64,000 nucleotides of DNA from IMG/VR virus record IMGVR_UViG_3300042566_001780, positions 1-64,000 of that record. One strand, given 5' to 3'. Shown one piece after another: positions 1 through 5,871 of the stretch. The notes beneath the pieces are model-generated. The model ran no database searches and was not told the origin of the DNA. It was given only the letters and a program-made list of their open reading frames with translations. Within the stretch, counting starts at the first letter, position 1; each line of letters opens with the position of its first letter. A program made the translations under genes and the position numbers.

Positions 1-9
1 TGATATAAT
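1..9 (+). promoter_or_regulatory. Extended -10 sigma70-type (early) promoter TGATATAAT upstream of tRNA-Asn
   Basis: TGnTATAAT about 20 nt upstream of the tRNA; the same TGTGATANAAT motif recurs at 947, 3266 and 61715 (minus). Confidence 0.6.
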
Positions 10-28
10 TCATCATACGATAATTAAT

Positions 29-105
29 TGGCATATAGCTCAGTTGGTAGTAGCAAGTGACTGTTAATCACTAGGTCCCTGGTTCGAGCCCAGGTATGCC
101 AGCCA
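29..105 (+). tRNA. trnN: tRNA-Asn(GTT)
   Basis: Acceptor TGGCATA/TATGCCA, D arm, anticodon arm AGTGA-CTGTTAA-TCACT, T loop TTCGAGC, G73 and encoded CCA. Confidence 0.95.
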
Positions 106-133
106 GTTTTAAACTTTTTGAAGAACTTCAAAA

Positions 134-337
134 ATGCTCAAAGATCGAAAAGCCCTTCTTGAAGATGAAATCAGGAAGAATCACAAGAAAGCCGCAGACC
201 TCTATCTCATGATGGTCTCTGGTACAAAGAAAACTGTTGAAGATCACTCAGAAGAGTATGAACTTTTGAAAGCTAAACTGACTGATCTTCGATTTGAATT
301 GAATTTAGTTGATTCCCTGATTTCTCAAGGCAATTAA
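134..337 (+). CDS. Small hypothetical coiled-coil protein (67 aa)
   Basis: ATG ORF with upstream AGAAG between tRNA genes; helical, charged composition. Confidence 0.65.
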   Translation: MLKDRKALLEDEIRKNHKKAADLYLMMVSGTKKTVEDHSEEYELLKAKLTDLRFELNLVDSLISQGN

Positions 338-345
338 TAATTTTG

Positions 346-511
346 TGCCCGTGTAGTTGAGTGGTAAAAACAGACACTGAGTTGCAGCAATTCTAGACAT
401 GATGCAACAATGCTTTCATAACACGAAGGTAGTAGATCGGCCGGTTTGCTATCTGATTATGAGAGTGTAAAGGTGGAAGGTCGTGGGTTCGAGTCCCTCC
501 ATGGGTAGCCA
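346..511 (+). ncRNA. tRNA-like RNA with ~85-nt structured insertion replacing the anticodon loop
   Basis: Acceptor (T)GCCCGTG/CATGGGT(A), D arm GTT-GAGTGGTAAA-AAC, stem ACACT(374-378)/AGTGT(464-468), T arm GTGGG-TTCGAGT-CCCTC, terminal GCCA; internal 12-bp hairpin 427-454. Confidence 0.75.
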
Positions 512-652
512 TATCAAAGTGTTCATTGTTAGGTTCCTCTGATTATCCTAAGGTGTCATCAGAGCAGGGTCCTTGGAATTACAAGGAAGAAGAATGAGGA
601 AACTCATTTGGAAGGCAAGTGCAAATCCCCCTGGTGAATTCTTTGATATGGT
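508..652 (+). ncRNA. Putative multi-branched structured RNA between tRNA genes
   Basis: 12-bp closing stem GCCATATCAAAG/CTTTGATATGGT; hairpins 537-564, 570-587 and 593-608 (GAAA tetraloop); no ORF. Confidence 0.55.
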
Positions 653-660
653 TTAAAGAT

Positions 661-737
661 GCCGTTGTGATGGAATTGGTATACGTGTCTGATTCAAAAT
701 CAGAATTCTGTGGGTTCGAGTCCCACCAGCGGCACCA
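661..737 (+). tRNA. trnL: tRNA-Leu(CAA), short variable arm
   Basis: GCCGTTG/CAGCGGC acceptor, TCTGA-TTCAAAA-TCAGA anticodon arm, 5-nt variable loop, A73, CCA. Confidence 0.9.
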
Positions 738-742
738 TCAGT

Positions 743-836
743 TTTCCAAAACACATAGTCTCGCCGTTAGGCTAGCATGACGGATTATTGTTAGAGACCT
801 TGCATGATTAGACTTGAGTGCAATGTGTTTTGGGAA
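743..836 (+). ncRNA. Putative pseudoknotted small RNA
   Basis: 14-bp closing stem 743-756/823-836; GTCTC/GAGAC; hairpin 764-783 whose loop CTAGCA can pair with TGTTAG 789-794. Confidence 0.55.
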
Positions 837-847
837 TTATAGTTTTT

Positions 848-924
848 CTGCCCTTGGCGCAACTGAATAGCGCAACTGCCTTCTAAGCAGTAGGTTGTGG
901 GTTTGACTCCCGCAGGGCAGGCCA
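848..924 (+). tRNA. trnR: tRNA-Arg(TCT)
   Basis: CTGCCCT/AGGGCAG acceptor, ACTGC-CTTCTAA-GCAGT anticodon arm, CCA; T loop TTTGACT and D loop lacking GG are non-canonical. Confidence 0.88.
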
Positions 925-946
925 TTCATTTTTAATCAACCAAAAA

Positions 947-957
947 TGTGATACAAT
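947..957 (+). promoter_or_regulatory. Early-type extended -10 promoter TGTGATACAAT
   Basis: Matches the recurring motif; upstream of the 1008/1214 gene pair. Confidence 0.5.
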
Positions 958-969
958 CAATCTATGGAA

Positions 970-977
970 CTAAATAG
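970..977 (+). promoter_or_regulatory. Putative late promoter CTAAATAG
   Basis: Same 8-mer found upstream of many structural genes in this window. Confidence 0.55.
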
Positions 978-1007
978 CTTATTGTTATACCACTAACTTT
1001 TTGAAGG

Positions 1008-1217
1008 TTGAATATGAATTTGATGAATGAAGTTCTTCAAGTCTCTTTGATTGAAGAAGACATCCAAGAAAACGGCGCTGGCTTCAAAGCTGAGGACCTC
1101 CGCCAAGTTATTCAGTGTGTTACTACACTGAATGAGCAACAGCTCTCTGAGCCTCTTGAAGCTGATGACTTCCTTGCTCAAATGCGCAAAGAAGGTCTTT
1201 TGCCTGGAGGTGAATGA
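1008..1217 (+). CDS. Putative acidic antitoxin (69 aa)
   Basis: Small acidic ORF coupled by an ATGA overlap to the downstream RelE/YafQ-like gene. Confidence 0.55.
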   Translation: MNMNLMNEVLQVSLIEEDIQENGAGFKAEDLRQVIQCVTTLNEQQLSEPLEADDFLAQMRKEGLLPGGE

Positions 1218-1630
1218 AAATGGCAAAAGCAAGTAACGCCCCAGCAAAGAAGGTCGTTTTTCAAAGAACAGGTTTGTTCAATGACACCTTCGCAAACTAT
1301 GCAAATAATGCTACTGTGACAGCTAAGTTTGAGGATTTCATTGCCTTCAAGCGTCAGAATCCTCTTTTGCCTTATGGTAGCAAAGACGAACATTTCAAGG
1401 GCAATGGTCCCTTAGGTCAATCTAAAGTTATTCACGTTCACTTAACGCATAACGTCAATTTAATCTATAGTCGTGCCGGCAGTAATCCTATGACTATCAC
1501 TTTAATTTGGATTGGCGTTCATGATGAAATGGGCACAGGGCAACCACCAAATGCAAAGTTGCAAAAGAATGCTGCAGCAAAATTCTTAGCTGCTAAACCA
1601 GAAGGAAAAGTTTTTGAAAATGGAAAATGA
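1214..1630 (+). CDS. RelE/YafQ-like ribosome-dependent mRNA interferase
   Basis: Pattern PYGSKDEHFKG...IHVHL..NVNLIY...ITLIWIGVHDEM resembles YafQ KDHxLxG...CHI..D.LLIY...TGSH. Confidence 0.7.
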   Translation: MKMAKASNAPAKKVVFQRTGLFNDTFANYANNATVTAKFEDFIAFKRQNPLLPYGSKDEHFKGNGPLGQSKVIHVHLTHNVNLIYSRAGSNPMTITLIWIGVHDEMGTGQPPNAKLQKNAAAKFLAAKPEGKVFENGK

Positions 1631-1711
1631 TGTAAGATGGTCTCTTACGACTGCCTGCTAAGCAGTTCGTCCAGTCAAATGGATTCGGTTCGATCCCGAC
1701 GTTTTCCGCCA
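1622..1711 (+). tRNA. trnS: tRNA-Ser(GCT) with 8/4 acceptor/T-stem architecture
   Basis: 8-bp acceptor GGAAAATG/CGTTTTCC, 4-bp T stem TCGG/CCGA, 5-bp D stem GTAAG/CTTAC, anticodon GCT, long variable arm TCCA/TGGA, G73, CCA. Confidence 0.85.
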
Positions 1712-1728
1712 TAATAAGGAACTAGAAA

Positions 1729-2403
1729 ATGAAAAAAGTTATTGAGATTAGGCCTGCTGAAGGCGGTGAAGATTCTAAGTTGTTTGTCAGTGATCTGGCA
1801 AACGCATATGTGAAGTTGTCCATGAAAAAGGGCTGAAAGCACCAGCTGTCAGATTGTGATTCTTACACAACAATCACAATTACTGGTCACGATTTGACAG
1901 CTCTATCTCAAGAAGCCGGTGGTCACAGAATTCAGCGAGTACCGCCAACTGAAAGAAAATGTCGGGTACACACATCAACTGTTACTGTAGCAGTTCTAGA
2001 TGGTGATTCTTTAGTTGGCACAATTGCACTAGATCAAAAAGATCTCAAGCTTGAATGGTATTCTGGTACTGGATGTGGTGGCCAAAATCGTAATAAGGTG
2101 ATGGCTTCTTGTAGATTGACGCACGTTCCAACAGGAATTGTGAAAACGTCCCAAACAAGAAGCCGCGAAACTTCTTATGCTCAAGCATTGACTGCATTAA
2201 CTCAAGCAGTCAATGAAGGTTTGACAAAATCAAAGTTGAGCCAATTCAATCAAATTCGTAAGAATCAGGTTGGAAGTGGCGAACGCGGTGATAAAATAAG
2301 AACTTATCGATTTCAAGATGATTCAGTAAAAGATCATCGCACAAACAAAAGTGCTTCTGTTGCAAAAGTAATGAATGGTCATTTTGACCTTCTTTGGAAA
2401 TAA
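1729..2403 (+). CDS. RF1-type peptide chain release factor homolog lacking domain 1, with in-frame TGA at 1834-1836
   Basis: ATG 1729 with AAGGA RBS gives MKKVIEIRPAEGGEDSKLF..., in frame with GHRIQRVPPTE (PxT), GTGCGGQNRNK (GGQ) and GERGDKIRTYRF; the TGA occupies the conserved Trp position of RF1 (xxGW). Confidence 0.88.
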
Positions 2404-2405
2404 TA

Positions 2406-2678
2406 ATGGCTAAGTTGAATGCACGACAAATTGGTGAATTGGAAGCTCGGCAATTCTTGGGTGATGATGTTTGGAAGGCTTACAAAACTGATTATGATCA
2501 GTTGATGGCTTTTCGCAAAACACTTAAGGGAAAACCGACTGAAGAACAGAAAATCATTTTGGCTGCTAATAATGCGTTCATTGATTTTTATGGGAGCATT
2601 TTGTTCCATTCTGCAAGGTTGGCTTCTAGTGGAAAATGTGACTGCACGCGTTGCGGAAAGATTCGCAACGCTAAATAA
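2406..2678 (+). CDS. Hypothetical protein with C-terminal CxCxxC cluster
   Basis: ATG directly after the RF stop; ends ...KCDCTRCGK. Confidence 0.6.
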   Translation: MAKLNARQIGELEARQFLGDDVWKAYKTDYDQLMAFRKTLKGKPTEEQKIILAANNAFIDFYGSILFHSARLASSGKCDCTRCGKIRNAK

Positions 2679-2714
2679 TCTTAGTGCTATCACTATTCTC
2701 AAAGAAAGATTCTT

Positions 2715-3089
2715 ATGAAACTCGAAAACCTCGTTATTGACAAAAAGCCTGATACAAAAGCAGCTACTACTTCTGCTCCAGAGGAAACTCCGGGTGGTGC
2801 CACTGTGATGATCTTGAATGATCCTATCACTCCAGCAGAAGTTGTAGTTGAAGCTATCATGCATGGTACTGGATTGTCGAAACAGGCTGCTATGAAGCGC
2901 ATGATGCGTGCTCATCGTAATGGTTGGGTGCCTATTGCTTCTTATGCTACTAAAGACATTGCTGAAACGATTGCAAACAAAATCGAGCAACACGCTCGAA
3001 ACAATCCGAACTATGACCACTATCGTCCATTTGTTCGTCATAACGGACCTTGGCCGCTAGCTGTTGAAGTAATGGATGCTGAACAATGA
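2715..3089 (+). CDS. clpS: ClpS-like Clp protease adaptor
   Basis: VMILNDPITPAEVVVEAI...MMRAHRNG...YATKDIAETI matches the ClpS core. Confidence 0.85.
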   Translation: MKLENLVIDKKPDTKAATTSAPEETPGGATVMILNDPITPAEVVVEAIMHGTGLSKQAAMKRMMRAHRNGWVPIASYATKDIAETIANKIEQHARNNPNYDHYRPFVRHNGPWPLAVEVMDAEQ

Positions 3090-3095
3090 AATGAT

Positions 3096-3172
3096 GCACC
3101 GATGACGGAGCGGTCTAACGTCTACGCCTGCAAAGCGTGTGTTCCCAGGTTCAAATCCTGGTCGGTGCTCCA
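3096..3172 (+). tRNA. trnC: tRNA-Cys(GCA)
   Basis: GCACCGA/TCGGTGC acceptor, anticodon GCA, U73 discriminator, CCA. Confidence 0.95.
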
Positions 3173-3245
3173 AAGTTTTTGCTACTCAAGTGATGAGGAA
3201 GACATCTCGGTGATTGTGACAAATCATCAACAAAATGAGTAGCTA

Positions 3246-3276
3246 TTGAACAAATGATGAGTTTTTGTGATATAAT
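3246..3276 (+). promoter_or_regulatory. Early-type promoter (TTGAAC ... TGTGATATAAT)
   Basis: Extended -10 at 3266-3276; possible -35 TTGAAC with a long (19 nt) spacer. Confidence 0.55.
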
Positions 3277-3284
3277 TCACCTAC

Positions 3285-3367
3285 AAACTCTTCATAAACT
3301 GAATCTTGCTTCTATTACCAACGTTTTTGCCGAAACACCAGGGTGAGATTCAGTTTATGAGTAGTTT
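3285..3367 (+). ncRNA. Long stem-loop RNA immediately downstream of promoter
   Basis: 18-bp stem 3292-3309/3343-3360 plus AAACT/AGTTT; pyrimidine-rich loop starting TTCTA. Confidence 0.5.
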
Positions 3368-3371
3368 TATT

Positions 3372-3445
3372 GGGACCTTAATTTAAAAGCAAAATGTCTC
3401 CCTTACATGGAGAATTCGGCGGGGCAGTACCGTCAGGTCCTACCA
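3372..3445 (+). tRNA. trnV: Non-canonical tRNA-Val(TAC)
   Basis: GGGACCT/AGGTCCT acceptor, TCTCC-CTTACAT-GGAGA anticodon arm, A73, CCA; T loop GGCAGTA instead of TTCRAAT; D loop without GG. Confidence 0.75.
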
Positions 3446-3479
3446 CATTTTTCAAAATCTAGAATAGATTTACTTTTTC

Positions 3480-3638
3480 AGACGGCTATTTGATCAGCTA
3501 CTTCTACATCTTAATTACTGTTTTGCTGATCACGCTTTCCGTCTACACTTTTCAAGTTGGCTACTAATTCAGTTACTTCATAATCGCATCAGCGGTTGCA
3601 AAAACCGCTACCATTCCACTGAATTTCCTTTCCAATTT
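3480..3638 (+). ncRNA. Two tandem copies of a structured RNA motif (GG-CTAYT-N8-TACTTC...N8'-NNCTTT-CC)
   Basis: Copy 1 at 3480-3544 (stem TGATCAGC/GCTGATCA) and copy 2 at 3554-3638 (stem AATTCAGT/ACTGAATT): different stem sequences, same geometry and same loop motifs. Confidence 0.7.
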
Positions 3639-3658
3639 CATTTTTTGAAAGTTTCATC

Positions 3659-5788
3659 ATGAACAAGCTCTCCATTGCATTTGCAAACAATCTCGCCATC
3701 ATTCCGACCCATGATAATGGCGATACCAAAAATACCGCTCTTGCAATGAGTGTTCAAGCTGAACTAATGAATGTCGGCTTCATGTTGAGCAAAGAAGCTT
3801 TCTCTTATCTTGAGACACGCACTGAGTCTTTCATTGCATCCTTCCATAACGGTATCATTCCTCTTGCAAAATCCGCAAAGGGCGTCACTAGCAAGAAGTA
3901 TTCTCCACTTTGGAAGAACTTCCCAATTGATGTTATGGCTGCATCTGATGCAGAGCTCTACATCACTGCGCTTATCCATTACTGGACTAATGGTACTTGG
4001 TCACCAGACGCGGAGCTGAAGGCTCGCGGTTTTGCTTTTGAAAAGAAAAACTTTATTGAGCTAAAGCTTGCTCCTGAAAATTGGGAGCAAAGTCTTGTCA
4101 ATGATTTGGCGGCTTTCACCAAACCGCTTGATCCCACCAATCTAAATAACCTGGTGTGGCTTGCGCAGAACTGTCAAGTCACCATTCCGGAAGTTTCTGT
4201 CAAAGAAACTATGGCAGCTTTGGCTGTAGCTGGAATTCCAGTGAAGGTGAAATCTCCTGTTGATGTGCTGCGGATTGCAGTCGGCATGTCTGGTGGCGAT
4301 ATGGCTCTCCCTTCTATGCCAAAAATCCCGCAAATGAAGGATAAGAGCTTGATGCGTGGCAGCTACGCATTTAATGCAAAAGTACAAGAAGCTAATGCGT
4401 TGCGTGAAACTTTCAAATTCAAGAAGTTCACTCGAAGCGAACGCCGGTACATCCTTGGATTGCTTGAGTCGCTGAAATTTGTTGATGAAGCAGAAATGCA
4501 GCGTCATCTTGGCCGTTGGGTTCGTCTTGGCGAAGTTCTCCATCCAGGCGAAATGAAGAGCAAGTTTCCAAAAGCAGCAGCTGCATTCTCCAAGATTCGC
4601 AATCAAGAAGAAGTGAAGGTTCGTACCTTTGCTGGTCGTGTTGATCTGGCGTTCAAGCAATCTCCTGATGTTGGTATGCAAGTTCTTCAAGAACGTCCTG
4701 GTGAATTTGCACGTCGTCTTGATGCACTGGTTCGTAATGAAAAGCATGATGCACAGCAGGTGATTGATCGATTTGCAGAAGTTGCAGGCAAAGTGTCGAC
4801 TAAAGTGCTGTTCGAGATGTTTGATCATTTTGAAGGTCGCTTGAAGGACAAGCCGCGTATGGTCATGATCAAGGGTAAAGGTTCCAAGGTTAAGAATCTG
4901 GAAACTCTCCCGAAACTGCCAGATCATATTGTGGAAAATATCCAGAAGATGATCAAGCAACAATTGGCTAATCGCGCTGCAAAGTTGCCAGCAATGGGTA
5001 ATGTGTTTGTTGATGATCAACTGCTGAATATGCCGGTGCCATATTCTATGCAATCCTCTGCAGAGGGTACTTCTACTTTGGTTCGCGGTACTCGCATGCC
5101 AATTGTTGAAGGTGCCAATACACTGCGTGGGTTTGTTCACTGGTATGATGAGAATGGCGATGACGACATTGATTTGTCGGCTACGTTCCTGGGCGCAAAG
5201 TTTGAAATTCTTGGTGAATGTGCATTCTATGATCTGCGGTCCACGAATTTGAAGGCGTATCACTCTGGTGATGTTCGCCATCGTATTGGGCATAATGCAG
5301 AGTACATTGACTTTGATTTGAATTCTGCTAAGGAACATGGTGTCAAGTATGTGGTGTTCTCTGCATACAATTTCAATGGTAATGCCATTAAGTCTGTACC
5401 TGAATGCACCTTTGGCGTGATGGAGCGTTCTAAGCCAAAAAGCAATGAGATCTTTGACCCAGCTACTGCCCCACAAGCTATCAAAGTTCAGGCAAATAGC
5501 AATTCGGTGTTTCCTGTCATGATTGATGTGGAAGCACATGAATGGATTTGGTTGGATCTTGAATCTGAAGGTCGAGGCTTTGCTTCTTTCCATAGTAATT
5601 CTTCTACTCTTGACAAAATCAAGGCATTCACACAACAAGCAAAGTTCAGTGTCTATGATCTGATTTCTCTGCATGTTGGCAGTCGCTCTGGTACCATTGT
5701 GAACAAGATGGAAGATGCTGATCTCATCTATTCGTATGACGACATTGTTCGAAACTATTCGAAACTGACTGAGTTCTTGAACATCTAA
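3659..5788 (+). CDS. ROT/TROVE-like helical protein fused to C-terminal TerD domain (709 aa)
   Basis: Helical N-region with RPGEFARRLDALVR; C-terminal TerD-like segment (W...DDIDLSATF...HSGDVR...AEYIDFDL...YVVFSAYNF); architecture recalled for the Prok-RING_4-associated family, but no RING finger here. Confidence 0.65.
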   Translation: MNKLSIAFANNLAIIPTHDNGDTKNTALAMSVQAELMNVGFMLSKEAFSYLETRTESFIASFHNGIIPLAKSAKGVTSKKYSPLWKNFPIDVMAASDAELYITALIHYWTNGTWSPDAELKARGFAFEKKNFIELKLAPENWEQSLVNDLAAFTKPLDPTNLNNLVWLAQNCQVTIPEVSVKETMAALAVAGIPVKVKSPVDVLRIAVGMSGGDMALPSMPKIPQMKDKSLMRGSYAFNAKVQEANALRETFKFKKFTRSERRYILGLLESLKFVDEAEMQRHLGRWVRLGEVLHPGEMKSKFPKAAAAFSKIRNQEEVKVRTFAGRVDLAFKQSPDVGMQVLQERPGEFARRLDALVRNEKHDAQQVIDRFAEVAGKVSTKVLFEMFDHFEGRLKDKPRMVMIKGKGSKVKNLETLPKLPDHIVENIQKMIKQQLANRAAKLPAMGNVFVDDQLLNMPVPYSMQSSAEGTSTLVRGTRMPIVEGANTLRGFVHWYDENGDDDIDLSATFLGAKFEILGECAFYDLRSTNLKAYHSGDVRHRIGHNAEYIDFDLNSAKEHGVKYVVFSAYNFNGNAIKSVPECTFGVMERSKPKSNEIFDPATAPQAIKVQANSNSVFPVMIDVEAHEWIWLDLESEGRGFASFHSNSSTLDKIKAFTQQAKFSVYDLISLHVGSRSGTIVNKMEDADLIYSYDDIVRNYSKLTEFLNI

Positions 5789-5807
5789 AGAAGTTCAAGT
5801 CAAAAAG

Positions 5808-5832
5808 AAAAGGGAAGCATTTGCTTCCCTTT
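5808..5832 (+). terminator. Intrinsic terminator
   Basis: AAAGGGAAGC-ATTT-GCTTCCCTTT followed by a T-rich tail. Confidence 0.8.
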
Positions 5833-5839
5833 GTTGTTT

Positions 5840-5847
5840 CTAAATAG
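5840..5847 (+). promoter_or_regulatory. Putative late promoter CTAAATAG
   Basis: Recurring motif, 25 nt upstream of ATG 5872. Confidence 0.65.
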
Positions 5848-5871
5848 GTCTTAAGACAGTAAGGATTTCAT

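Noticed and set aside
346-511. tmRNA
   Set aside because: Only 166 nt, has a canonical D stem, no G3-U70 pair and no tag reading frame.
508-652. Cobalamin riboswitch (AGGTTCC...GGAAG...GTGCAAATCC resemblance)
   Set aside because: The P4 T-loop stem does not pair properly, there is no B12-box, and the next element is a tRNA rather than a regulated gene.
1834-1836. Genome-wide TGA-to-Trp recoding
   Set aside because: Many genes here end in TGA with ATGA coupling, Trp is encoded by TGG throughout, and long genes have no internal TGA; the RF stop is a local feature.
3181-3243. Hammerhead ribozyme (GTGATGAG...CTC)
   Set aside because: The core lacks C3 of CUGAUGA and the GAAA strand; kept only as a generic structured RNA.
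4142-5674. 510-aa antisense ORF and other long shadow ORFs (e.g. 2379-3041, 53830-54306)
   Set aside because: They lie antisense to well-supported genes, show no recognisable motifs, and are explained by codon bias of the sense strand.
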